Numbered from the stretch's first letter, positions 41,535-54,250 are shown. The stretch is DNA of 64,000 nucleotides from Balanoglossus misakiensis (GCA_040954595.2 CM082589.2:1156009-1220008), one strand, 5' to 3'. A program made the numbers and translations. Notes: a model not told the origin generated them from the sequence alone.

Positions 41535-42975
41535 TTAACCAATGAGGCCAGGTGGGAGATCGGCATGTTGTGGAGCTGTGCTGATGATGTCATCACCGAC
41601 TGATCTTTCCAGAGGACGCAGGCACGCGCATGCTACTGGCACATGGATCTTTTGCATTTCATATTTGTACAGTCCATCCACGCATCCCTTCCTCTTCCAA
41701 ACAGAGACGGGGTGAGTGATCTGTTGACAGGTGTGCAGAAGATGAAAGCTGGTCTCATCCTTTATGCAGTACTCGCAAGAACAGTTCGCGATCATCAGAG
41801 TTCTCGGAATTCTGTCTTCTTCCGTTTGATAGGTGTAGTAATAGGGACATGTACTTCTCTGCTCGGGCGGGGCGTGGCTTGGGTCGTCTACTTGAGTACT
41901 GCAAGTCACAGGAAACGCTGATGGTTGAGTGTCAGCAGGCAACTCATTCACATCGAATGGCAGAACACCAAACAGGTTGCTATGGGGATACATAGTACCT
42001 TTGTTCGCGTCTGCGACTTGCTGTATGTACGAATCAAAGCACACGTCTCCGTTGTTGCCAACGTCGCGTTTCATTGGGACGGCGTGAGTTTGTGCAACCG
42101 ATAGGATGAAAAACGTGACAGCGATCTGTAAAATAATCATTGTGACATTGTGACGCTAGACTTTGAAAGAAGCCTAGCAAAACAGCGCGTGATTCCGATA
42201 ATGTTCTTCATTTTGAAATTTAGAGTGAGTGGGTATAGGTCGATTTTTATTTGATTGTCATGTTTTTCACAATGCACGACAAGTATACTATGTAGATTTA
42301 ATGAGAAGTTGCTGCTTTTATAACTTTCTTTCTGATTCTCAAGTGAATGAGTATAGTAGTCATAATTTGCTAGACCTGGTCTTTCCCGGTATTTTCTTCG
42401 TGTTTTGAATGACATTACTAGTTATTTATATATATTTTCCTGTTCACTCAGGTGATGAAATATAGCAGCTATCATGTGACCTTACTTGAAATGTTTACAA
42501 GTTCAAGGAAATAAAATTTTATTGAAATGCCCTGTAAACAACTTTGACTTGGATTGATTTACAAACGGTTGTATTGTCATTAAGACGACGTGCGCATGCT
42601 CCTGGAGACATTCTTGCACGGAAGCGGAACAACAATGTTACTATATTCTCAGATATCAAAGCAAGACATTTTGGTATACTCTGCTAGAAAAGTTATTTCA
42701 TATTACGAACTTTCTTCAATAATGACATAAGAAATTATAATGCATTTTTTTTCTCCATAAAATAAAAAATATATTAAGGTACACATTCCTTAAAATTGCA
42801 CAATCACTGCACACATTTTACAATTTTGTTTACTGTTTCTGTCGCTTCTCTTTTTTCTCAGTCTCTGCGACCCCCTCTCTCCCTTCATTCAACTGTCTGA
42901 CTGACTGGCTGGTTGCCTACCCTGACTGGTGTTAAATAAAGTACAGTATGTGTTACTTACAATTAATGTGTTCAT
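41535..42975 (-). CDS. IL17: Interleukin-17 family cytokine (copy 2), 2 exons: 42975-42961, 42125-41535
   Basis: Exon 1 MNTLI|gtaagt joins IAVTFFILSVAQTHA to form a signal peptide. Core: RSTCPYYYTYQTEEDRIPRTLMIANCSCEYC...CQQITHPVSVWKRKGC...VPVACAC. C-terminal tail ends LPPGLIG*. Confidence 0.92.
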
Positions 42976-43074
42976 TTTAAACTCCATCTTGCAGGCAGTC
43001 ATCGATAAGTAGTAAGTACACCTTCCTTTCTGCTCAATGGCACAATGATGGTAACTCCCACATCCTACACCCGT

Positions 43075-43245
43075 TTTTATACTTTTTTTCATCACAGAAA
43101 AGTTTTATAATAGAATTTTCGGAAACCCGGAGGAAAAAAATTCAAAGAGGAATTGCAAGAATGAGTCATTGATTGTTTCTCGACTTTAGGTCGACGTTGC
43201 ATTTTGCCTCAACCTCTTTTTGAATTTATAATGGTGGAAATCCCC
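43075..43245 (-). promoter_or_regulatory. Promoter of IL-17 copy 2: TATA, AP-1, NF-kB
   Basis: Minus-strand TATAAAA at 43081-43075. TGAGTCA (AP-1) at 43162-43168. GGAAATCCCC (= GGGGATTTCC, consensus kB) at 43236-43245. Confidence 0.7.
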
Positions 43246-45082
43246 GAAAATAGACAGCCAGCTAGGGCCCATCTTCAATTACTGGTCTCTCAACTTCTAA
43301 GGAATTGTTAGCAGCGTCATTGATACTTAGCCAATCAAGAGCAAAAGAGCAGTACGCGTCAAATTACAGAATATGACGTTTTACGGTCACCCAGTCACCA
43401 CACCTAAATATTTGTATACATATTGTTTACGTTTGAATATATTGGTATTGGAAATAGCTTCTGTTTAAAGGAGACATCGATCTTTCATTTTTTTCTTGCA
43501 AAGCCCCGCACTTTCCCAAGAGTGACGTCACTGTTGATGTTGATTGCAAATATGTTGGTTCCTTGTTGTCATGGCAATTTATGGTGTGTACCGTTCTGCT
43601 ACAGCATAATTCTCGATTATATTTTTTATAAAACATCCTCGTTTAGTTAAAAATCTTTTAAAATGTTTCTACGTTGGATTACAAAATTAAGGGCGAGTAG
43701 GGAATCTTCTACCGCTTGTTACATGTACAAGTAAAAAGACGTTAAGTATAAAAAGAACCGTTTTTGTTTTCAAGATTTCTATAAATAAAGAGAATGGTGA
43801 AGTCACTTGAAAATCATAGAAATGCTTTTTAAACCCAGAAAAGGTAAACACATCCACGAACACACCTTCCAACACTTGCAGAATGAGTTTGTCATTGAGG
43901 AAATCGTGAAGAAAGCGTCTTTATTGCGGGTGGAACGAGGTCACAGCTGACCTTCCCACTACCACAGTCATCACATACAATAAAAGAAAATTTATCAATG
44001 TTTTTATTTCACATCTTACTACGTGACTCGTGCTCCTGATTCAGGAAGTTCATTTTAAACACGGTCACTTTAAGAACTGGTGTCAGCTTTGGCTACGTGT
44101 CAGCACTCTATATGGCCACGACAATCTGTTCAACTAGCAACGTCGTGAAAACATACTTTAAATTGTCCCCATAGCAACAAAGAGACTGGCAGCCATTTTG
44201 AAATTCAAATCTGAGACATTATTTGATTTCTTATTCTAAATTTTGCATGGTGACCCCCAATTTTATTCTCAATTGAACGAGACAAGACAACACGCATTCA
44301 GAGTACACTAATACTGCACCATGAATAAACTACACAATTCTTGGCCAATGGGCATAAAGTGTACCTTGTTGGACAAGCTTGAGATGAGTTTATTTAGATG
44401 CATGTTTTGCGTTTAGACGCACCCAAAACACACCCTATGATCCCACAGATTCTAAAAACCTACAAGACAAAGAATGTTAATTCCCTCAAAGGTTCCAGCT
44501 TACTTGTGGCGCCCACGTATATACGTATGTACCAGGCCTACTGGTTTTTGTGAATATCCGGGATCTTAGATATTTCCGTGCTGTGCTGGCTGGCCTATCT
44601 GGTCGAAGAATGCGAGGGTGTTAAGGATACAAGGGGCGGGTGGGGCTGTGAAACATGCAAAGCGTGACTACACTGGGGGTTGGAGGGGATAAACTGCTAT
44701 ACAACGGACGTACAACTGCTCTGAATTGAACCCGGCTGCACAGAACAATCAAGTGACATGGAGAAGCAACCTACGTTTATGTATTATCGTTCTTAGTGTA
44801 TAACGAGAATACGATAAGATACTGGAATTATCAGAAAACTGCGAAGCATTACTACCGGTACATTTGGAATTGCCAGACTGAAACAAGAACAGTGACATAA
44901 GAGATACTTCCCCCCAAGTATACGTGTCAATTGTAGATCTGCACGTTTCATTCTACATCACGATCATCTGAAAGTCACGCTGTTCGTTTAGACTTCCCTT
45001 TCAACTTTATCACTTTTGATTATCAATTCTCGCTGCTTAAATCGTGGGACATATAGATGTAATTTGATCGAGGCAAGAAGGG

Positions 45083-45145
45083 ATGAGATGAGACGAGACT
45101 AGACGACATAAACGTGACGTGACGTGACGAGACGAGATGAGATGA
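45083..45145. repeat. Degenerate pentanucleotide microsatellite (GAGAT/GAGAC/GTGAC)n
   Basis: gatgagatgagacgagactagacg...cgtgacgtgacgtgacgagacgagatgagatgag. Confidence 0.75.
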
Positions 45146-45909
45146 GGCGACAGAAACATTCAATGAAATATGTGACACTCTTTTCTTTAATTCTGTTATT
45201 ACTGATCATTGTAACTGTATTCAACAGGTGACCACAATACACCGTTAAGGCAAAATCAAACGTGGATGCAATTCAAGATTTCCGGAATACATAGGCTATA
45301 TTACGAATAGGGTGATTTCCTACTGGCGAAAATAAAGGTATTAAATATTACAGTAAAGATACCACGAGACCAGTTTTTTCCAATCTCATGACGGTCATGC
45401 AAAACAGCTTGTTGTTGTTTTTATTTTTCCTTGTTTGGGGATTTCCAAGTTACTTTTTCCTCCTAGCTGTTTGGGGTTGCATGACATCATCAGACCCAGT
45501 AGTTGGTTCCCTCTTCGTCGCTGGGTCGACGATTTTAAATATTTCTGGTTCTGGGATAAAATTGTTTCCTTTGTTTTTGAAAATACTGTACATTATTCTC
45601 CGTGCATAATCTGGCAATGCATTAAAATGCAAATAACCCGAAGAACACCTGTGTACCAGAAATACAAAGCTGGCACGGATGACGGATATTACAATCGCGT
45701 GTTTTATTATTTATAGGGAGCAACTATTACCAGCAACATTCTGTGATGAAGCCGCACGCTGAAAGCTTCAAAATTGTCAGTTCTTGTGCGTTTTTTTTAC
45801 CAACATGACATCACTCGTCACATGCAGACCCTATCACGTGATCGATGGCAGCCTAGTATCATGTGCCCTCAACAATTCAATTCGGTTGATTTCCTATTTT
45901 CGGTACGCG

Positions 45910-46092
45910 GGGAGTTCCCAGATTGAATACAAACCCAGGTATGCCTGTATGCATGCAAGCCTCCTGTCAACAGCAGAACACGTGCACTACAACCAATGAC
46001 TCAGACTTTCCTTGTCAGTTACAATAATTCCCACATTTTCCCTCTACTCTATAATTAAAGATGTTTACCTGCTGATTCAAAACGTATAAATA
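45910..46092 (+). promoter_or_regulatory. Promoter of IL-17 copy 3: NF-kB, AP-1, TATA
   Basis: GGGAGTTCCC (kB consensus GGGRNNYYCC) at 45910-45919. TGACTCA (AP-1) at 45997-46003. TATAAATA at 46085-46092. An additional GGGGATTTCC lies at 45437-45446. Confidence 0.7.
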
Positions 46093-46202
46093 CAAGCCTT
46101 TATTATGTTCGAGTCATTTTACGTACAAAGCGACAGTGGTTGATATTAAACCCAGTTAAAACGAAGTTCATTGTAGGTACTCCAATTACGATACCACACA
46201 CT

Positions 46203-47609
46203 ATGAAGCTTATAACGGTAGGTATTTTTATTTTATCTCATTTGACTTTTGTGTCAAACGTCTAAGAACATTTTCCCTTCCATTTTAGTTTAATTTTATC
46301 ATTTGTATTGAACATTGCAACATTATTCTCGCCCTCGCCCCTAGAAAAAGACAGCAAAAATCAATGTTGAGAAATGAGTTTAGTGTGAGCAGAGGACGAG
46401 CCTCATTCAGCTCTTAATCTTACGTAATCCAGCATTTGAAAAATGTCATGCAATTGTCTCGTATTATTTGATCAGATGTAAGCAATCGTGACTCTGAGAA
46501 AGGTGGATTGCATAGAATTTGTTTTGAATTTACCACGCCCTAACTTTAATATCAACGCAGCCGACGTCAAAACATCCGATGTACATCAATCCAGGACAGA
46601 AACCTCCGGTCTGAGTTGTCTAGAGGGCGCTGTTGAAACATCCGCGATCAACAGGTGTCGCCTGTACGCGCACCGCTCCCTTCATATCAGGAACATGATA
46701 GCTAGCTCACTAATTGCAAAAATCGGGGTTTTTTCAGGATCTGAGAAATAGTTATATTTTTCTGGACTTTTCTGGACGGAATGCAAAAATCAACGTCGAC
46801 TTTGGGCATTGCTGTTTCCTTGTTCCTCAAACGATCGAATAAACAATGACCTTTACTCCCATAGAAAGGACACTGCGCTAAAAATAACTATTAAATATGT
46901 ACTGTTGGCATGTGGTATATATACTTGTATTTGAGCTGAAGTAGAGTTCTTGGCGATTTCGACGCAAACGCTCCTTGACTTTGGAATGTGTGTAAATACT
47001 CTTGAATTCCTGGTTTCTATTCAACAGGTGTTTCTTGCACTCACTTCAGCTCTGGCTCACAGCAATCCGCTGAAACGTGACGTCACTGAAAACGGAGACA
47101 CATGCGACGATGCTTGCATCCAGAAAATTGCAGACGACATCGAAAGGACGATGTACCCGTACAGCAACATGTTTGGTGTCCTTCCATTTGAAGAAATGCC
47201 AACGAGAAGACGAGCGTCAATTTTCCCGGAGTCCTGCACATCAAGAATCGAAGATCCAAGTCGGGCGCCCCCAGAAAAACGGAGTACCTGCCCTTATTAT
47301 TACTCTCTTCATACAGAAGAAGACAGGATTCCAAAAACTCTCGCTCATGTCACGTGTGCTTGCGAGAACTGCATAAGCGATGACGGTTACTTCAGCCCTT
47401 TAAACACGTGCCAAGAAATCACACATCCGGTTCCGGTTTGGAAGAAGAAAGGCACCATGGAAAATGGGCTGTTTAAATATGCGCTGGAAATAATCGACGT
47501 GCCGGTCACATGTGCATGTCTTCGTCCGTTGGAAAGATCTGTGAACGACACTCTCATCATGGCCCCGAGACGTCCAAGTCATTTGCTACCGCAAGGCTTG
47601 ATTGGTTAA
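46203..47609 (+). CDS. IL17: Interleukin-17 family cytokine (copy 3, close paralog of copy 2), 2 exons: 46203-46217, 47028-47609
   Basis: Exon 1 MKLIT|gtaggt joins VFLALTSALAHS to form a signal peptide. Core: RSTCPYYYSLHTEEDRIPKTLAHVTCACENC...CQEITHPVPVWK...VPVTCAC. Tail ends LLPQGLIG*. Confidence 0.92.
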
Positions 47610-50530
47610 GACAGTCAAAGTTGCATAAAAGCCAGAAATGGGAAAGATTTCTGAAAATATTTTTAGTACAACTACGTTATAATAATGAATGTGTAACTTT
47701 TACTTCCTCAACTTCTAAGAAAACTTTCAGATTTATCTTCGCATCGAAGACATAGTTGCCGTGGTAAAGATACGGCCTTTAAAAAATGTTGTATGCCAGG
47801 TGTGTACATTGGTCAGTCATTGTATGACGTACATCTATTCAAAGTCTTTCTTACGTTTATGAGACACGTGCTCACTTACATAACGACGAGCACATACTGG
47901 GTAGATAGATACATAGATACATCCAATCGTATTAATATTTTTTCATAGCTTTTGCATGTTTCAGTGAAAGACAAACCCATTTGGATCTATTACATTTGTT
48001 CAGAATTTTGTCTAGGTGTTAGAATGAATGTAGTTTTAAGTTTATATTTGTTTTGCATTGGATCTTTACCCCCATTATATAATAACACTGCCATAAACGC
48101 ATGGTTACGGATTTCTGAGTTGCAACACTATTGCCAACAGTTTGGAATGGTGAATTATGTTCAACAATCTGTCAAAATAAAAATAAAACTCTTCTATTTA
48201 TGACACCATACCTGTCATGTTCTGGTTACTTCATCTGAATATTATCACGTGATGAAACACGCAACGCATTGATAATATTAATTTCTAGTCAATGCCAGAT
48301 ATGATGTCCTCGAATTTTATGTTTATAAACGGGATAAAATGATGCATGGACAGTAATCCCATTTAATATAAAAATCCTCCACATTGACAAAAAGAAAAAG
48401 ACAATCAAATCACTTAGCCTACATGCATGATGTAACATGTGTTGTCGTTTATCCGCCGTTCATTCATTTCAGGAATAATTCGCTGATGTTGTTCAAACGA
48501 TGACTTCATTATTACCATCGCCGATAAGGCGAGCCAAATAGTTAACAGCTTGTAACAACAACAGATACAGGCCAGGATTACATGAAAGCGGTGACGTCAA
48601 ACAAATTCCTTTCACACGGTTCTCTACGCTGTCATGCCAATAGGCCATTTCATGACCTCTACATGACCTTACGCCCTCGTACTTTCGTCGGTAAGAATCC
48701 GTCAGGTTGACTAAAACCTCTACAAGAACTCTATACTTGCAGATGAAGTCAATAATTTATGTACTGGATTACAAAAGTTGCTCTTGTTTAGTCAACATGC
48801 ACGGTTTTCATCTCAGAATATTGAATTTTGACAAAACCATACTGATGGAAGTACAAAAATGTAAGGTCATACAGGTGTCATGGCCTTTTCTAAGGATGTA
48901 ATTTCTGTACAAGAATGTGTAGAGTAGAAAAGCCAGCATTTGATAAATACACATGGCACTAAACCTCCGCGGAGCACTACATGTAGGAACGTGAAGAGAT
49001 TTTAAACATTTTGGTGACAGACTAGAATGAATATAGATGCCTTGCAATTGTAGCAAAAGAACGCTGACATTATAATTTTTTAAAGACATTTAAAGAAGGT
49101 CAGACATCTTTGAAATACACAGAGTTTATCCCTGTATATAAATTCTAAGCACACAATCAGACTTATTTCCAGCAGTATTCGAATCACACAAAAGGTGATC
49201 CATGTTGTATAGAAGACATGCAATGCATCGAAATGTCCGATGTCATATGGTAAAACCTTGCAAACGTGTAAAAAAGCTTTTCATATAATGCCAGCATTTC
49301 CACAGCTCTATTGTCACTTTCGATCTGCGTTAATTCCATCATTTCAAAAGCCTGACCACCAAAATGCCAGAGTTGTGTGGATACAGAACTCTTTGTGATG
49401 GGATTATGCTGAATTTGTGTGAAAGATGAGTTAATCTAGCCATCGGATGATGTCGGTAAACTGCAAATATTTTTATAAGCTTTTGCGTGTCTGTACATTA
49501 TGTCATTCATGTGCCTGGTGAACGCCCTTTTGGAAAAGTTCCCAATAAATGCAATCACATAACAAAAATAAATCATCACACAAGTTTCACCAAATGTAGT
49601 TTACCAAATTAAAGATATATCAAGGCACCTACTTACCTACCGATGTAAACACACAAAGGATAACAGATGTGCACATGACGTTGTCTGTGTCAAAGTGCCC
49701 CACTTTGGTTCAAAGGCTCCAGACTTTACTTTCTACAACCAACACGTCATTGTTGCTGTGGTAAAATGTAATCCCCTGCAAGCAAAGACAACATCATGTC
49801 ATGTAAAGGCTAGTCGCGACAGAGTTTAGGTTCAAGGAGGTAAGTTCAAGGACTCGTGTGTCCACAATGAAAGTAGATACGGCGACAGTGAGAACTTGGG
49901 TACAGTTTCAGTCGTCAGATGCACGTAAGATGCAACACTTGCAATATGAAGACCCATTGCTGTCAAACCTCATTCTACACTTTTATGGTAAACAACGTGT
50001 GCCAGTACCTATAATACATATATAACTGGCAAAAGCACCTATTAATACATCTCTCACTTCTGACAGTGAACGGGTCACAGTTCGAACACCTTGACTGGGT
50101 TAGCATAAGACTAACCCTGAACTTTATACAAAAGTGTAAAATGTTAAATGTGGCAACTCTCATACAAATAACTATATCAACTTGCAACGCTTGACATATT
50201 TTTTTTCATAAAGAACTACACAGCTAGCCTTGGGCGATCAGGGTATTTTGTTCTGATGTCTTTCAAGCGACATACACCAACGAAGAAAGGGGAAGCTGGT
50301 GCCATATTTTCATTGTAACCTGTAGAAGGATTATGAATTCAAATTCATTGCATACAACGCAACAATCGTCTGAATCGTTTTAAAATCACGAAAAACTTTT
50401 CAACAAGTATGATTGACATAAATGCAGTGACCACGTGACTTTTCATTTCACTTATATCAAGTTGAGTTTGAAAGTTGTCAGGCAGATCAGACGACTACAC
50501 CAACTGGGCAGTCTTGACCAAACAGTGAAG

Positions 50531-52470
50531 ATGAAGTCTAGTGGTTACATCGTGCTGTTGTTTGTTGCGCTTTGCGTAAGTATATTTGAACTTGCATAGA
50601 AAGTGATTGAGCATCAGATACATTGGAAAATATCATCTCACCGAAGATATACAAACCTTCAGTAAGTTTACGTCCTGTAGAAATGATCTAGTCTAGTCGT
50701 AACCTTCCACGGGGTTCTCTGAAAGACAAGTAAAGAAAATAGGGTTCTCATTTTGCTAATTCTCTCTCTCTCTCCATCCCTCCCCCTCCTCTCTCTCTCT
50801 TCCTCCCTCGCCCTCCTCTCTATCTTTCGATGTATGTTCATGCTTCTCCCCAGGCATCCAACCTCGTTGCCGCCAAAAAGCCAGCAGGTAAAATAGTCAT
50901 CTTATTTTTTTCCGGTTTTCCCATTGTAAAGTAAAAGGAACATCGCCGTTGTTCAAAGTAGGACTTACGTCGCCAATGTGTGTAACACCTTTGGAAAGCA
51001 TGATCGACTTACAGCCGCAAGACCGATTTCAACAAATGATTTGGATTTACGAAAAATCGTCTTTACTATTGAAAAGTTAATATACACAGCAAACATTACC
51101 CGGTCCTGGGTGTTGGGAGTGTGCGATCGACAAATGTGGATGCAGTCATTACTGAATGATCTTGTGTATTTTTCTTTCCAATGCACAGGTGGCAATGGCG
51201 GAGGTGGTGGTAATGGCGGTGGTGGTGGTGGTGCCAATGGCGGAGGTGGTGCAAATGGAGGTGGTGGGGGTGCCAATGGAGGTGGAGGAGGAGGAGGAAA
51301 GAGTGAGCATTCAAATTATTACTTTTTGAATTTGACAAGAACAATTCAAGAATATCTGCAGATAACACGTATGCATTCACAGATTCTGTTTTCCGTGCGA
51401 TATTAGTCTGACAATCGACTGATTAGATTTTGGTAGGTACGGCTTGCATATCTAAAGAAGTTATCCAATATTATTCATTTTGACGATGATACACTTACCC
51501 TTTTCAGAACCTGGCACCAAGGGTGATCCGCACATAACAACTTTCGATGGACGCTTCTTCAACTACCAGGGACTTTGCTGGCACACTCTGGCTCAAGATT
51601 GCAGCGGTTCTGTGCCTAAATTCAGCATCAATGCTCGATTCGATGTCCGCTTCGTCGATCCGGAGATCAAGACGAGGACTGTGGAAGCCATGGTAACTGT
51701 TGGCACTGAATCCATAACACTGACAGAAGAAAACGAGATCTTTGTAAGTATAACATTAGCTTCTGTTGAACATTGCAGTCGTGGTAGAACCCATAACATT
51801 GATCGTTATAAAACACTTTACATTTGTAATTGTGTTGGTCACAAAAGTCAATGAATGGCCATTGGTAGATGTCGTTATGTGCAAATACTGTGTTCAAGAA
51901 CTTTAGTTCTTTGCGTTTCTATGTTTGGCTGGATGTGATATGTTTGGTAACTTTATTTCAGGTCAATGGGAACATAATGGCCGAAGTGGGACAACCTGAG
52001 AACATGGATGTCCGCGAAGCTAATGGCGAAATCAGCGTACTCCTCAAAGACTTTGGTCTGGAGGCAATATGGTCTGGCCCCGGTCACAGACTGTACGTTA
52101 ACAACCTTAATGGTCTGAAACATGACGGACTGTGTGGTCTCCTTGGCAACGCTGATGGCGACCCGAAGAACGATTTCCAAACTCCAGATGGCAGTATGAC
52201 TGACGATGCTGATGTGTTTGGAGACAGCTGGAGAGTGGAATCCATGACGTGAGTGATTTGTTTACATCATTTGCATATTTTAGAAATCCATATGACGTAT
52301 TATACTTGGGTATAAAAACAAATGTCTGTTCAAGTTACGTTTTGTATTTCACTGGAAACCACTCAATTAAAAAGGACATCCACTACATCTTCACTAGAAA
52401 ATGTAAATGATTTATAAATATTTATAAATTAAAGGTTCTAATGTTATGATCTTTTCCTTTCAGATGTTAA
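50531..52470 (+). CDS. Secreted Gly/Asn-rich + GDPH-VWD domain protein (VWD gene A), 240 aa, 6 exons
   Basis: Exons 50531-50575 (MKSSGYIVLLFVALC), 50854-50887 (ASNLVAAKKPA), 51189-51302 (GGNGGGGGNGG...ANGGGGGGGK), 51508-51743 (KPGTKGDPHITTFDGRFFNYQGLCWH...), 51962-52248 (...GLCGLLGNADGDPKNDF...FGDSW), 52464-52470 (terminal C*). All introns are GT-AG. Total 723 nt, in frame. AATAAA near 52624. Confidence 0.88.
50761..50820. repeat. (TC)n / pyrimidine-rich low-complexity tract in intron
   Basis: tctctctctctctccatccctccccctcctctctctctcttcctccc... Confidence 0.8.
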
Positions 52471-53708
52471 ATCCAGTAGTTGAACCTGAAGGGTTGCAGT
52501 GTAATATATTTAAACAGTGAATACCAAAGACATCGTACTCCTAATAATATTATCAACATTCTCTTGTCTTTAAGCGTCAGGTTTATCCTGAATTGAACTT
52601 CTGATAGATTTGACACTGAATAGAATAAAGTACCAATAATAGAATTCTGCACTTTGTCGTTTAATTATTACAACATTATGTGGGAGTATTGTACCACTAT
52701 GGAACACCACAGTGAAATCTAACTGATGTACATGTATATAGCAACTGTACGTGACGTATGGAACCCATACACGCAGTCGCAGATAAGACGACACAACCCT
52801 TTACGTACGTCAGGCCTACTGCCATGATTTCTATCTTGCTATTTTTCTTTGCTCACTGGCCAAAGCTTTTTAAAAGAATACTGAACACATACAAACATAC
52901 AATTACATACTACTATTTTAGAATCTTTTGACGAGAAAAAACACCAAGCTACGTTCACGAACAAAATTCCATATTTGGACCCTTTAGATGATCATTTACC
53001 GGACTCGAGCATTATAAGTTCATCCACAGAGAATTAGGACTGTTTTTGTTGTATTTTGAACCAATCACCGGTGGTCCACAAATTCCAAAACAGAAACCTG
53101 AACCATATGTTAAATATTTTCCTGTATTTACACATTCTAATCCAACACACAAATAGAAGATTTTTTAATCCTCTAATCCTGTAGCTTTGTTCTAGTAGAG
53201 TCTGATAAGGGTAACACATTATTAAGTACCTTATGGACAGGATAAAGTTGCTTGTGACAAGTGATTGGGCAGGAAAGAATTCTTGAGACACAAATCAAAA
53301 TTAATTTTACCAACTCACCATACAAATACCAACACAGGTATCAATGTTATCATCGGTGATCTTCCAACAAGAGTGGTAATCGATTGATAGACATCTGTCG
53401 CTCGGCAACATGAAACTCTACCCTGTTGGAACAGACAAATAAGAACCATGTCAGCCGGGTAAACCAGGGTATTGATAACTCATCCAGCATTACTGGGCCT
53501 TGTTCAAACATCAGTACAACCGTGGTTGTACATTCTATATGCTTGGCGGGGGGTCAGAAACTTTTCTTTGAAACACAGCAAAAACGCCGTTAAAATTAAT
53601 TTCACAAAACTTCTCGCAGAGTACTTGGATTTTGCATGTACTGTCTACTTACTCGAAAACAAATTGTTCAAGTTGCATTCCTGCACTTTTTGCTGAACGG
53701 TGTTGTTG

Positions 53709-53709
<1 letters not shown>

Positions 53710-53756
<47 letters not shown>

Positions 53757-53757
53757 C

Positions 53758-53799
<42 letters not shown>
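53710..53799. repeat. (GAT)~30 microsatellite
   Basis: Continuous GAT units with a single GAC interruption; lies between the two VWD genes. Confidence 0.97.
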
Positions 53800-53802
<3 letters not shown>

Positions 53803-54250
53803 AAACGCAGTTATGTGTACTACGATAAAAGCAAGGTTCGGTCAACGAAAACAAATCATTGTCCATACTGATAAAATGGTTACATTTTCAACTTATGAAT
53901 ACCGCAACAATCTCATCTTTCATGCAAAACAACTTTTTCCATGGTAATCCCCATTCACTTATAGTTTCACTTCAAATCTTATGATCTCAAAAGGGTATCA
54001 TTTCAACCGATCGATCATGAGCATTGTTCTTACAGATTAAAGAGGGAATCTGAACGGAAATGGCGAATGAAACATTTGTGATTGGCATTCTCTCTATCGA
54101 TCTTCTGAGATCCTCATTGTGTTTATATTCCGAGATTGAGAGACTTGCAAGCACATCTGACTTGACTGTCAGCAAAGAAACAGTCCTCTGTTGGAAAGTG
54201 GTTGTGTACCTTCTATTGCTGCAAAGGACGTTTTCTTCAAGACCACCAAG

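Noticed and set aside
50965-51380. Minus-strand Pro-rich and His-rich ORFs
   Set aside because: Antisense shadows of the Gly-rich exon of VWD gene A.
53632-53947. Poly-Asp and poly-Met ORFs
   Set aside because: Translations of the (GAT)n microsatellite; no splice context linking them to a gene.
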